Shown here in pieces: positions 47,960 to 60,917 of a stretch of DNA of 64,000 bases. The notes under the pieces were generated by a model. It searched no databases, had not been told where the DNA came from, and was given only the letters and a program-made list of their open reading frames with translations. The stretch is taken from the NCBI GenBank assembly GCA_010093815.1, contig ML996567.1. One strand, written 5' to 3'. The position numbers were made by a program, and so were the translations under genes. This stretch comes from Pseudovirgaria hyperparasitica (taxonomy: Eukaryota). The stretch's first letter is position 1. The number at the start of each line of letters is the position of its first letter.

Positions 47960-49480
47960 GCACACACACACATACAACAGCCCATACAACAGCCCATACA
48001 ACAGCCTACACAACAGCCCATACAACAGCCCATACAACCAACACCCATGCCCAAAACACATCCCTGAAATACAACCAGCAATGTATCCCTGAAATATATC
48101 CCTAGAACACATACCTAAAACACAAACTTAAGAACTACCAACCTCCTCCTCCCCCTTCCTCCTCTACCCCTTTAGTACCTCCACCCACCAGCCATGCACA
48201 CACATACATAGAAATCAAGCCAAACTAGTCAACATACAACACTTATACCCGTGTCCGCTCCTCCTCTAGTATAATCTATAAGGTGCTTTTGTATTCTCTA
48301 GGGGGACGGAGTAGTTCTTCTTACTTCTCCTCCTCCTCCTCCTTCTTCTTCTCCTTCTCCTCCTCCTTCTTCTTCTTCTATCCCCTTATTCTCCTCCTCC
48401 TCCTCCTCCTCCTCCTCCTTCTCCTTCTTCTCTTCCTCTTTATTCTTCTCCTTTTTGTTCTCTTCCTCCTCCTCCTTCTTCATACTTCTTCTTACTTCTC
48501 CTTCTTCTCCCTCCTTCTCCTTCTTCTAATTCTCCTTCTTCTTCTTCTTCTTCTTCTTCTTCTCCTCCCTACCCCTATTCTATTCTGTTCTATTCTATTC
48601 TATTCCATCCTATTCGATTATATAGATGAAGAAGAAAGAAACATATTTCAAAACACGCACATGCACATGCACATGCACGCACGCACGCATGCACATACAC
48701 ATGCACGCACGCATGTAAGCATACACGCACGCATGCACACAACACACGCACGCACATATACACACACGCACACGCACACATGCACGCACGCACATACACA
48801 TACACATACACACGCACGCATATGCACGCACGCACACGCACGCACGCACGCATGCACGCATGTACGCATACTCTACAAGGTAGTAGGAAATGAAACTGTC
48901 TTGTAACGGTCTGGTAATTGTCTGATATTGCCTGGAATTCTATCATCTGGCATTCCATCCATCCACGCATCCACGCATCCACGCATCCACGCATCCACGC
49001 ATCCACGCATCCATCCCTCTATCCATCCATCCATCCATCCATGCATCCACGCATCCATCCCTCTATCCATCCATCCATCCATCCATCCATCCATCCATCC
49101 ATCCACGCATCCAAGTCTCAATCCAAGAAGCCCAAACAGAAAAGCAGCCATTCAAAAAGCACACGGGCAAATACACAAAGCACACGCCAATCTCCTACAA
49201 CAACAATCCAGAACGCGAGCAGTGTACTGTACTGTACTGTACTGTACTGTAGATGGTAGTAATCGCATAATGCAGAGTCCATGTATACAAAGCCCCCAGG
49301 CCCCAAGGCCCCAAACACCGTGTATGTCTAGTCTAGTATAGTATAGTGTACGTAAGGAAGGAAGGAAAAGGGACGCCGATGGCGACGTCACTACCACTGT
49401 GATCACTACCGATACCATATCATAACCACAACACCCACAATGACCACCACCACCACCACCACCACCACCACCACGCCCAC
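47960..49480. repeat. Compound micro/minisatellite tract: (CATACAACAGCC)n, (CCT/CTT)n, (ATTCT)n, (GCAC/CA)n, (ATCCACGC)n, (ATCC)n, (GTACT)n, (CAC)n
   Basis: Directly visible; lies between convergent 3' ends. Confidence 0.95.
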
Positions 49481-49545
49481 AATGACCACAATACCATCAC
49501 CACACCCACACCCATCACCATCACACCCCTCACCAAAACCCCCTC

Positions 49546-51294
49546 TCAAAACGCCGGCAAAAACCCACTCTCAATCAAACTCTCACTAGCAACATAACTA
49601 AACCCGCCAAACGGATTATTCTCACCCATCCTAACATCCCCATCCACCGCCACACCAGCACCACCACAACCAGCATCCCCACCACCACCACCACCCCCAA
49701 ACCCCAGCCCCACCCCACAACCAACCGGACTCAAACTCAACCCCACAAACTCCGGATCAAAATTCTCCGCGAGCGCGGGATCCGTAATAACAGGCACAAT
49801 CGGCGGCACAAGCTCCTTGCGCTCAAGCGCCCGCCAATCAATCCTGCGAAAAAACCGATGCCCCTTAATCGTGCCCAAGTCCCTCGGCATATTCGCGCCG
49901 AGGCGCTTCTTCGGATTCTTATTCAACAAGCGGGTGAGAATGTCCTTTGCGTCGAGGCTGAGGAAGTAGGGCAGGTGGGGCTTCGCCTTGAGGATCTTCT
50001 CCTGGATCTTGGTGGTGTTGTTGGCGGTGAAGGGGGCGGAGCCGGTCATGAGGTCGACGCCGAGGGCGCCGAGCGACCACCAGTCGACGGCCATGCCGTA
50101 GGGGGCTTCGCGGACGACCTCGGGGGCCATGTACTCGATTGTGCCGAGCATGGACTTGCACTCGCTGCCCTCGACCGAGACCTTGGACAGGCCAAAGTCC
50201 GTGAGGAGGAGGTGGCCGTCGGCGTCGAGGAGGATGTTTTCGGGCTTGAGGTCGCGGTAGACGACGCCGAGGTTGAAGTGCAGGTGCTCGAGTGCCAGGA
50301 CCATTTCGGCCATGTAAAAGGCCGACTTTTCCTCGTCGAACATCTTCTCCGCGCTGAGGTGGTGGAAGAGCTCGCCGCCTTGGGCGTATTCGAGAATGAG
50401 GTAGAGCTTCTCCTGGTCCTGGAAGGCGTAGTAGAGCTTCACGATGAAGGGGTGGCGGTTCACGCTCTCTAGGATGGCGCGTTCGGATTTGGTGTGCTCG
50501 ATCAACCGTTTGTGAACGGTCAGGGAAGCTTTGCGAAACTGCTTCTGTGCGTACAGCCGACCGGTCCCACGCTGCCGGACGAGCAAGACTGTACCGTATG
50601 CGCCCTTTCCAAGGCAGTTTAGGGGCTCAAAGTCGGCGGCGGTCATCTTGCGCGACATGGTCGGTCGGCGCGAAGCAGCCAGGTCCACAGTTAGTGCAGA
50701 CTTTGGTGGCTCCGTGGCATCAGGACTCATGAAATCCTCTTCCAGGCCGATTTCATACGTCTCCGTTTCGGTTCGGTCGCTGTCGCTACCGGTCGATATA
50801 CCACTTTCGGTGCTCATAGTGGTGTTGCTCTCGCATCTCTGCAGCAGTTGTGCAGGAGTCTCCGCACCATTCAAGGCTTGGCTAATACTCAGATGCTCAA
50901 GCTGCTGCTTCAGCGCGCTAATGCCAGATGGGCCTGTTTGGGGTCGAAGTGCTGGGCTGTTCGTGATACTCGAGTATGCGGTGCTGGGTCCTATTCTAGG
51001 CGTACTCAGCGCCGAGATGTCCGACTCCTCTCCGGCCGAAGCACCGGGGGTGTGGAAGCCTCGTGTAACTGTCGTAGCTGGTGCTCCGGCCTTTGCGTTG
51101 CGCTTCTTTTTCTTCTTCTGCTTTGCTGCATTGCGAGCGACTTCTTCGATGTTGATCTTACCAGCTCCTTCAGTCCTCTGAGCGGATGGTGTGCGTAACA
51201 TCCTCGGTGCCTGTGGGGACATGATGGTGATGGGCGGGGTCCCAGTCTGACGGCGATCCACGACGTCATCCATGGCAAAGTCGTGTAGCGACAT
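49546..51294 (-). CDS. psk1: AGC Ser/Thr kinase Psk1/Ypk3 (S6K-like)
   Basis: [51 protein letters not shown], hydrophobic motif FGGFSY. Confidence 0.88.
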   Translation of the reverse strand: MSLHDFAMDDVVDRRQTGTPPITIMSPQAPRMLRTPSAQRTEGAGKINIEEVARNAAKQKKKKKRNAKAGAPATTVTRGFHTPGASAGEESDISALSTPRIGPSTAYSSITNSPALRPQTGPSGISALKQQLEHLSISQALNGAETPAQLLQRCESNTTMSTESGISTGSDSDRTETETYEIGLEEDFMSPDATEPPKSALTVDLAASRRPTMSRKMTAADFEPLNCLGKGAYGTVLLVRQRGTGRLYAQKQFRKASLTVHKRLIEHTKSERAILESVNRHPFIVKLYYAFQDQEKLYLILEYAQGGELFHHLSAEKMFDEEKSAFYMAEMVLALEHLHFNLGVVYRDLKPENILLDADGHLLLTDFGLSKVSVEGSECKSMLGTIEYMAPEVVREAPYGMAVDWWSLGALGVDLMTGSAPFTANNTTKIQEKILKAKPHLPYFLSLDAKDILTRLLNKNPKKRLGANMPRDLGTIKGHRFFRRIDWRALERKELVPPIVPVITDPALAENFDPEFVGLSLSPVGCGVGLGFGGGGGGGDAGCGGAGVAVDGDVRMGENNPFGGFSYVASESLIESGFLPAF

Positions 51295-52819
51295 TATGAT
51301 TGTACTGTTGATCGAGTATTCCTTGTAATATACGTGGAGGTATAACGCAGCCAAGTATGTGCAGGTCGTAAATTAAAAGTATAGATAGGTCGGAGTCGGA
51401 AATTGCGCTCCAAAGACGTTTTTAGGGTTCCGTAGAAATAAGCTTTCACATCTGCTCGTCCAGTCCCTCGCTTTCCAAGGCCCTGTAGAATACCTGATCT
51501 GGGAAATTTGCGGCACCTTAAGAGACAAAGTCCTTGACGCCTGCTTGTGTTCACCGCCGCCCTTTCACTTCTTTCCCACACTTGCTACCAACGTCGGACC
51601 TGCCCCAGTATTACCGTCCGCCCTGTTCAAGGCGGACCGTCCGCCAGTAGCCAAAGCAGCGATGCGAAGCTGGCGTCGGTATGCGAGATCTCGAGTGTCA
51701 GGACTCGATCAGGGAGAGCAGCACAGGCAACGTCGCGACAGCGAGCAAGTTGGAAGCGTGTGGGAAAAGTCGTGACAGGGCCCATAGATGGTGGTAGTGG
51801 TCGATAAGGTGTCTCTTTCAAAGGTCAGGGTGTCTCTGACCGCGCGGTAGTATGTCGTTGTTATCCGGAATGTTGGGGGTGGGAAGGGGTGAAAAGCAGG
51901 AAACAAAGTCGGAGAATAATGACTGTCGACCGTCTTAGTCAGGCAACAATTTTCAGCCGCCCTTCGTTCCCCAGACTGAGCCGTATCGGGTTAGCGTGGC
52001 AGCCGGACACACCTCGGCTCGGCCCTATCGAGAATGGGAAAGTGTGTACAGTACAAAACGCCATCGCCATCGTCTCTCGCACGTGCTGTAGATCGTCCAT
52101 CTCTGTCGCCATCTTTATATTTAGCATACACATCAACACTACCATCGATCCTAATCCTTAGTCATCTCGAACCATCATCATCCTTGCCGAACATCATTCA
52201 GACAGCAACAGACTGCGTGTTTTGCAACCCAAAAGCTGTGAATGCGCGCACCCAGTCAATGCGCATCCCACTGTCTTGTCTGGCCATGCTTGTGCATATG
52301 CACAAAGAGGCAGCATGCGGTTATGTAATGTAATGCAATGCGATGCGATGCGACGTGGGCAAGATCAACGAGTACAGGGATGTAGGAGAAACACGTGCTA
52401 GCATGAGATGTGTATATTAGATGATCTATCTCATTCTATAATCAGTCAATCAACGACATGCCATCTGGCCTCCCTTGGGAAACACAATGACTGGTGAACC
52501 GAAAACGCCATGCAGTGAAACTCCGAACACGCTAAATGGACTTGAACTGTAATTAGCGTGACAACTGCAGACAATTTTTGCAAAAGCAAAGACCGGAAAG
52601 TAGGCGCTCAAACAGTGTGGTATCGCGCTCTACTCTGTCACCTTTCGCACAACGCCGTAAAACCACAAACATGCATAACTCATTAATAACTTCGTGAACG
52701 CATTACCGGAATGAAGAACGTAATCAGGCGGGAGGTCTTGGGCCACAGATCGTCAAAGGCCGTGAAATGACAAGCTTCTGTGTCGTTGTATACCGATATC
52801 AAGGACGGCTCGCGAATGC

Positions 52820-54684
52820 TCAGACTTCCTCTTCACAGTCAAAGTCATCATCGACTAGGATACGCACGACTTCATGCTTTTGTACGACCTCTCCTGGGAG
52901 GAAGCGGCAAGGGGCAGCGGTGTGCACTCTTGTCTCTTCAATACGAGTCTTGCGTCGCATAAAAGGGAGCTGACAAGCGCCAGCAATGGCGATAAGGGCA
53001 CTTGCCCACCACGCCAAAGCAGTAAAGTCAAGCTCGCTTCCGTAGCCATAGAGAAGACCTGCGATTGGACTGGCGAGTGTGCGGCATGCAGCGCCAGTGC
53101 TGGCAGCCAGACCATTGATCTTGCCAAGATGAGAAGGCGCGGGCGTAGACTCTTTGAGGAGGATGAGAAGAAGGGGGTAGGCGACGATGGAGAACAGGTT
53201 TCGGACAGCCAGGCACGCATAGATGCCAGGGTAGAGAAGGTGTTCGGGGAGGATGGAGAGGTAGGGTACAATGACATATGCGATAGGGTGGCCCACAGTG
53301 ACCGCGATGAAGAGTTGCCAGATACCGAGCCACGAGGCGAGTAGTGGAAAGACAATGGCCTGGATGACAAGAGCAATGAGGCCATTGACACTCATGATGA
53401 GGCCAACATCTTGGACGGACAAGCCGAGACCACCAGCCAAGAAGCCGTTGTCAGTCCCAAGCAGAGAACGGTCATCTACGCGCTTGTCTTGGAAGAAGAT
53501 GGGCAAGAGGTGATCATATGTCATTGAGTGGTAAGTGAAGATACCAAGAGCCACAACGAGCATGACGATTCTCTTGCTAAAGACTTTTGTGTCCGAGGCC
53601 GAATGGACAGAGGCAGGCCGTCCATCAGCTTTGACGTGCCAGGTTTCCTCTTGGGAAACATTGACTTGGTCAAACGTACCATACGACTCGGTGGCCAGAT
53701 TGGCAGCGGCATGGGACATTGCGCCTGATGTTGGCATCAAAGGAGTCTCAGCAGACGTGGTTTGCAAATCAGCTGGTGTGCTCCAGGGCTGCATATCAGG
53801 GTGGGTTTCATCAATGAAAAAGAAGCCAGCAAGGATTGAGCCCAAGAGCATCAATGCACAGAGAAGATTCGGCAGGAGGTAGGGAAAGCGCCCGAAAACA
53901 CCATCAGATGCAAAGACGGATGGGAACATGACAGCAGGTTCAGCAAAATAGCCGCCAATTGACGGACCAACGATAGTTCCCACACTCCACACGAAAGGCA
54001 TCACAGCATAGGCGCGAGCTGTGTCGCTGTCAGACTCACGTGAGGATATTTGCAATTGATGAGATTTGACAACTTACGTTCATGTTCTGGCTTGTGTACT
54101 AATTCACCGACCATAGTCTGGATGACGCCAATGTTTCCATTGAGCATGCCTCCGAGAGCCCTACCGAGAAGAGCGATCCAGAAGTTGGGGGCAAAGCCGA
54201 CAACAAGCATAGATAGGAGGGTGCCTGCGCAACCGAATAGAAGCACAGGTTTTCGGCCTACACGATCAGAAAGACCGCCCCAGTACATGCCAGTGCATGC
54301 TTCGGCGAGGGCAAAAGCCGAGATGAGGAGACCAGCATAGAAGGCGGCATTCTTCTCGTCGGTGACGTGGTAGTGGAGGACGAGCTTCCAGGCGTAGGGG
54401 AAGATTGAGGTGAGAGCAACAGGCTCGGCAAGCCTAACAAGCGCTGTAGCAATTGTCAGATAGGCAATCAACATGTGGTTCTTTGTGATGTTCCATTTGA
54501 TATGTTGTGTAGCAACGTGGGTGGTACAACAACAGCAACAACAAACGCCACACCACAAACAAGCAAGCAATTGACAGCGAAAGGTTGACTCACCTAAGAA
54601 GAAGAGCTGTGAGGTAGGAAAGATGTTAGGATCGCGACGAGATCTTGGCTGTTTGGTAAGATTCATAACCGCACGGCCTGGCAT
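52820..54684 (-). CDS. MFS transporter (DHA1/TCR-Tet-like), 3 exons; start codon 54684 or 54666
   Basis: FPTSQLFFL, AEPVALTSIFPY, motif A WGGLSDRVGRKPV, GNIGVIQTMVGE, GPSIGGY, LGKING. Confidence 0.9.
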
Positions 54685-54859
54685 TGATCTTACGAAAGAT
54701 GGCGGCACGCGACAGTGGAGAGAGATGGGTGGTGGTCGCTCTGTCGGCTAAATGCGGCACTAAACCGAGGGCTCTAATGCACGTCTGGACGAGTAAGGTT
54801 GCGTATGAAGCGTGAGTGGGGTGGAAGAGAGGAGCAGGTATGGATACAGCGGTCAATTG

Positions 54860-54952
54860 AAGAGAAGAAGAAGAAGAAGAAGAAGAAGAAGAGGAAAGGA
54901 AATTGAAGGTGAAGAAATGGAGTTTGGAGGGAGGAGGAGGAGGAGGAGGAGG
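54860..54952. repeat. (AAG)n and (GGA)n polypurine microsatellites upstream of the MFS gene
   Basis: Directly visible. Confidence 0.85.
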
Positions 54953-55787
54953 ACGAAAGTATCGGATTGCCGTTATCAGTCAATTGGTCCCACTAGCGCG
55001 CGAAGTCGGTGTCCACAGTGCTGGGATGGTCCGTGCGCGGAGAATCTTCGAGGCACATGCTACATGGTGTGCATGGAGGAGTTTAACAGATGGATGGATG
55101 GATGCGACGGGACCATGTTGCATCGACATAATGCCCGAAGAGAAATATATTTGCCGACATATTCCCTCAATAATGCTCTCGAGTGAATTTATGGTGGATG
55201 ATGATGTTGCGGTGTGCAGTGCGCGGTATAGAGTGCGTGGTATGCACGTGAGGCAAGGTGTGAGTGGCAGGCGGTAAGTAGATACGACTAATACAGTATT
55301 AGCTAATAATAACCCATACCGATCTACCTGCAGGGCCACTGACCACTACTCTACTATTACCATGTACTGTACCATAACCCACTACTATACTACTCTACTG
55401 TACCATCAGCGGGTCTACGTGACTGGAGCACGCACAGTGGGCCAAACGGGGGCACAGCGGGGGGCGTAGGGGGCGTAGTGGAGAATAGCCGGGCGTACAG
55501 TTAGGCAACCTACTACCTACAGTAATTAGCAGCGGCGCCCAAAAAGCTGCACAGATGGTAGGGCATTGGGTGCGTATTGTATGGAATGAAATACGTATAA
55601 CGTGGTATATCCTGCGATGTGTTCAATAGGTAACATGTGTGCGTACTATGTAGCATGAAGATTCGTAAATATACATCATATAATACGTCGTATGCAGCAT
55701 GTAGTGTGTATAATAGTGTCACTACTGCTGACTGTTCACTGTTGACATTCCAGCTCGACTGTTTACCGTTGACTGTGCCCCTTCTCA

Positions 55788-57468
55788 CTATGCACTACAC
55801 TCACCCACCCCCTCTTTGAACCCCTTTCCCATCCCCGCATCCACGTCCACAAGCTCAACGTCACTCGCCCCATCGTCCCGACTCCCTAGATTCGTCGACT
55901 TCACCAAAGTCGTGTCGCCGCCGAACCGCTTGCGTTCGCTCGCTCGCTTTGCATATCCATGAGAGTATCCTGAATATCCTTTGCTGCGGCCCGCGCTGTC
56001 CAGTAGCCCTGGCGCCACGCGCTTGATCCACGCCCGAAACGACGGTAGGCATGAGCATATCACCGACACAAACGCCTCGATAATGCTCCAGTACGCCGCT
56101 GGCACCATGTCATACGTCGGATTCGTCGACGATGCCCACGCCACGAGCGTATGCAGTCGGAGCACCTGCGTCATTGTGACACTGTAGCTGTGTCAGTCTC
56201 TTGCTCGCACTCTGCCGACCATCGTCAACTTACAAGAGTCCCACTGCGAAGATGAGCATGATACTAATCTTCTTCCGCGTCCCAACCTTCAGCTTGTACA
56301 GCACCGGCATCGGCGTTATGATGATGACCAGATCCAGTGCGAGCACTGTTGCTGCGTGGCTCCATCCGAACGCCCGGTTGTTGATACAACTCCCGGGCCG
56401 CCCGTCGCTGCGCCAGCTAGTGTATATGTACGATATCGGGCGACAACTGAAGATCTGCAGCGCAAGATACACTACCGTATGCGTCACATTGATCATTAGA
56501 AGGATCATCACTGCCCGTCGTGTCCGCGTTCCTGGGAAGATGCGCAGGTAGAAGAAGAGGAAGGACATGCGCGTGAATCCAATCGAGAAGATGTAGCCTA
56601 TCTGCCCTACCCACACACTCTGCCGCCCCGTCAGTCATATGAACGCCTAGCAAATTCTGCGCTTCACTTGTACCATACCTTGAGAATCGCTGTAATCGTG
56701 TCCGGCGCGAGCGTCCAGATGTCTTTTCCCAGACCCCTCGCACATGAATTGGCCGTTGTAGCGATGACCGGAATGTGTGCAAACTAGAAAACATTCTTCA
56801 TCAGCCCACGCTCCTTGCCCAATAGCAGCCTGCTCTGTAGTAGAGGGGTGGAGGTATAGAAGAATGATGAACGGAAAGACGGAGGAAGTGGCAAGAACTG
56901 GTAGGAATGCAGGAATGAAAGATTGAGAGAAAGCAAAAATCACGCAAATCATACCCATTGCAAGACAACAAACGCCGCCTCAGGCCTTTGCGTCCAGTCA
57001 CAGACATATGTTCTCACGCCCATGAACAGCGCTGCCAGACCGGCAAACACACCAGTCAGTATAAGCATGGTGTCTCGTCTACTCCGAACTGGCTCGTTGC
57101 ATAGCGTCGCTGTCACGTTTCTCGACGCTGCAGATAGTCAGCTACAATGAGCGCAAGACGAATGTCTACCTAGACAAGAGTGTCTCCACGTACTTAGAGC
57201 ATCAACAACACTACATTCCTGCAACACACATTGACCAGTAGTGTTGATCAACTGGCTATCTGCACAAATGCACGGTACGTCTGTAGCAGCACACGACGAG
57301 GTCTGCAGCGATTGCACGAGACATTTCATCTACTCGTTATCAGCAACATAGTCGGCGGTCGAGAAGTCGCAGACTTACACCACAATTTGGCAGCGTCTGC
57401 TGTGCTGCTGCGAATCCAAACGTCTGCGCAAGCAGAACCACGCCAGCTAAGACGCCTATGGCTTTCAT
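55788..57468 (-). CDS. CFEM-domain Pth11-like (rhodopsin-domain) integral membrane receptor; 6 exons
   Basis: Signal peptide, CFEM cysteines (LPNCG|MKCL..SSC..TD..CIC...CV...C...C), GLGKDIW, RMSFLFFYLRIF, SCRPISY..W, DL.I...PMP.L..L, WS.IE..V.VICSCLP. Confidence 0.85.
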
Positions 57469-59521
57469 ATCGACACCACTACTGAGCAAGTGACTACTTT
57501 TATGCTGAAGAGTCTGTTGATTCAGAGTAGAAAGAGCTCAAACCCGGAGCAAGTTGGGTTCAATGGAACATAGGCTTAGGCCGTGGCGACAGGATGGAGA
57601 GTTACTCAAAGTGCATCTTGGACTTTGGTCCATCGCGAGCCCCGCTTTATGTAAAGCATTAATTGCCTCTGCTGGCGTTGCGTTGTGTGGTCGCAGCCAG
57701 TGGACGGACCGACTGATCTGATGATATTTAACCTCGATTTTGACCTCCCCACCTCCAAGGGTCTGCTGCATTCAGGTTTCACCTTGATCCTTGAGGAAGG
57801 AGCCGGAGCCCTACCAGGCACACTTGCCGTTCAACGGTGGGGGCTCTAGGGACTCGGGGACTGGAGGAGTTTAAGTTGAGTAGGCCAATTAGGGGGGGGG
57901 GGAGGCATATTGGCATATTGGCATACCGGCATGGATATTGGCAGGTAGTGGAGGTAATTAGGTATTAGGTCTGGACTATGGAGCATTAATTGTTATCGCG
58001 CTAAACCAGCCCCGAAGGTATTTCTACCTCTGACTTACCAATTTTGGAAAGCCGCGAGTCATCGCCGAACACGGCTTTTCTTTGGATTGTTTACATGAAC
58101 GAAAGAGCCAGGTCTGTTGCCGCTCCCATTTGTCCTTCTCTTTGACCGGATCCACCTCTTTCGCACGAATTTTGCCAAGGTTGTAGTGTAGGCAGCAACT
58201 CTTTTGAGTCGTTCAGGTCAACGGATCGTACGTGTCAGACGTAGAGCATTCTGTGTGCAACGCCACCAGGTGCAGCTAGAGTAACGCTGTTCCGTAGCGA
58301 GTCATCTTTTATCTCTACGAGCAACGCCGTTGCAGCTAGAGTCATTCTATATTCCATGACAGCTGATCTTTGCCGCAGTGGCATGCTACTCAAGTAGTCG
58401 TTGCATGAATGAGCATTGAGAATTTCGGACCTGGAACCACAGAAAATCCAAAGTTTATCACTGTCCAGGCGCGTCTGGAGTTGTGGTCTCCGCGTATAGT
58501 TCCATCGCGGATCGACCAAAATTATGATTGTTCGTTACCATAAGGCTGTGGCGGACTGGCTGATTGGATCGAACGATGCATGGAGCCCCGTGCTTCTCCG
58601 CACCCTGAACCCCCCAGACTTCAGAGTTCCAAACTGCAGGCTGGAATAAGGCTGAAATAGTGGGCCACCAGTCAGACCCGGAGTGACTGTCGACACATGG
58701 CGACGCTGGTCTTACAATCTGTTAGCGTGTGCAGATATTTGACCTTTACCGCATATTGGACATTCAAGGGTGTTTGAGTAACAGTTCGAAAATCATCTGC
58801 CGCCCACACGAACCGCTACCTTGTCGCCTGACGTTTCCATGTATTGATGCAGCCTGTAGGCGCAGTTGGCGAAGAGTCTCGAGAGATCATTAAGGCGAAA
58901 GCCTCGAGAGACCCAACGAAGCGAATATCTCGCGGGTATCAACAAGGTGAAGGTGGTCGGATGAGAGGGCTGACTATTAACATTGTGCAGGGGTGATACT
59001 ATAGTTCACACGTTGTGTCTGGGGTGGGCCGAGCCACGAAACCCCGCTTCACTATCAGGTCTCAGACCACCTTTTGGCTCTGGCATTTACTAACCTATGG
59101 CGGTTCGACTGAATGTTTGATTGCTGTTGTTGACTGATGTCTTTTTGACGTATCCCATGCGGCATAGAATCGGTCAGGCGAGTATTTCCTGTAGTGTCTA
59201 GGACCCTTGAGAGAATAGTGGGATAAGTCCTATGCAGAAGATGTCAAGCTCACGTCCGAGTGCGAGACGATCATGCGATTTGAATCCTAGTTCTAGGCGC
59301 ATTCATTAAGTCGAACGCGGATAATGCTCATCCCTGCCGAAGGGATGGTGACGACTTGGCCTCGTTCTCCACGCCTCATACCCACCGTGCTGAAGCTGGG
59401 GAACCCTTTGCATGTCCATCCACATTTCGCAAGGTCGATCTTCGGACACTGGATACCCGGAAGATCTTTCCACTGTCGTTCTTTCTACAAGATCGTGCAT
59501 GTTGGGCCATTGCATTTCTTA

Positions 59522-60115
59522 CTAAATGGTCCTGTAGCTTCCCAAATTCGTCTCCGTCTCCTTAGCCTTTCCCTCTCCTTTCGCAGCCCTGACGAGCCCC
59601 TCAAGCCAGTCCTGGTGACCTAGTAGCATTTTATTAGGTTTCGCGCTTGCCAGCTGCGCGGCTGGCACTCCGCATTGGCTTTCCTGCGTCAAGATTCTAA
59701 CTCTTTCACCGTCAAGGTCTTCGACAAGCCATGCATGATAGACCTCAACCTTTTCGTCTCTGCTACCATCGAGTACTGCTGACCATGCTATGCGACCGGC
59801 CTCTCTCGAGGTTGGATTGACAGATTCGTCGATGAATGGTGGTCCGCATTCTTCCACTGGGCAGGTCAAGACTGGGAAGCCAAAGGTGGAAAATTTAAAC
59901 GTGTCGCCTTTCTTCAGTATTGGTCCTGAGGATGGAGGCACAATTTTCTCGCAGTTGTAGTAATAAGATGGCCATTTTGAAACGTCAGCCAATTGTTCCC
60001 AGATCTGTTTTGCTGTAATTCCTCTTGCAAAGATCTCGTTGCTGACAAAATTATCGGTGGTGCCTGGAAGGTACTTCTCCGGCCAGATGATGGCCGATTG
60101 CGTTGCGCGCGACAT
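59522..60115 (-). CDS. SRPBCC/START (polyketide cyclase/dehydrase-like) protein, intronless
   Basis: IWPEKYLPGTTDNFVSNE, W..L.D.S.WPSYY, F.FSTFGFP, VYHAWLVEDL, RILTQESQ.G, GHQDWLEGL. Confidence 0.75.
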   Translation of the reverse strand: MSRATQSAIIWPEKYLPGTTDNFVSNEIFARGITAKQIWEQLADVSKWPSYYYNCEKIVPPSSGPILKKGDTFKFSTFGFPVLTCPVEECGPPFIDESVNPTSREAGRIAWSAVLDGSRDEKVEVYHAWLVEDLDGERVRILTQESQCGVPAAQLASAKPNKMLLGHQDWLEGLVRAAKGEGKAKETETNLGSYRTI

Positions 60116-60314
60116 AGTTCGTTTCCAGTATCACGGCAGCTTTACAGATGATATCTTGGTGGCATGAATGAGAGAACCAGTCGTGCAGGGCTTGTTGAGC
60201 TTCGAAGTGGCCGATAAAGCGATTGGTTACACATGACGTCATCCACACGTCTCATACTAAGGGCATATTCATCATCTCCAGGCTCCACGACCAGTGATAT
60301 CACGTACTCACTCA

Positions 60315-60372
60315 TGCCAGCAACAAAGCATACGTTGTAAGATTGCCAGCAACAAAGCATACGTTGTAAGAT
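60315..60372. repeat. Perfect 29-bp tandem duplication (TGCCAGCAACAAAGCATACGTTGTAAGAT x2)
   Basis: Copies at 60315-60343 and 60344-60372. Confidence 0.95.
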
Positions 60373-60917
60373 GAGGCGTCAGTGGCTCAGTTTGGGTCTT
60401 TCGCCATCTTTACTTTCACGTTCACATGCGAGACCAGCGAGACTGTGGCTGAGATGCGCTTGTTATTGTTTACGCGTTGAAGGGAAACCTACACTCTAAA
60501 AGGTGATTTGGTCATGGATATTAGGGAGTTGCTGATTGGGACATCGATGGCCTTCTGTTGCATTCCTTATTCCTTACCCTTGCCGCCGTGCACAGGGCAG
60601 GATGGTCTCGCTGCGATCTGCCATCTGGCCCGGAACATACCTCAGGAGAAGATTGCATTCCATCAGCCACACTCAGCCACTCAATGACGCATACTTGCCC
60701 GCTTTTACCCCCCGGCATGTGCTAGGTGTTCGTTCCTGCTTTGAGCTGCTACCAAATCCGGGGGCTTATATCAACACCCGTCATTGGAACCTTTACCACA
60801 CATTCCTGTCCCTTTCTCCGTCACCATCTCACTCTTGCACCTCTCCCACTTCATAAGATCCATTCACACAATCTGCACACTGCACATCCATCCTTCATCA
60901 AACTCAACGCTTTCATC

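Noticed and set aside
48283..49418. Several 60-207 aa ORFs (poly-Leu, HTHA, CVRA, IHPS, WMDG repeats)
   Set aside because: Translations of microsatellites with no coding signal.
57470..59520. 2-kb gene-free stretch with a G11 run and a weak hairpin near 59020-59047, considered as ncRNA or element relic
   Set aside because: No tRNA boxes, snoRNA boxes, terminal repeats or coding remnants could be supported by eye; probably the promoter of the CFEM receptor.
38976..60115. Possible secondary-metabolite cluster (HMG-CoA synthase, PLP enzyme, MFS, cyclase-like protein)
   Set aside because: No PKS, NRPS or terpene synthase backbone; ERG13 looks like the canonical housekeeping copy and the genes are interspersed with core genes.
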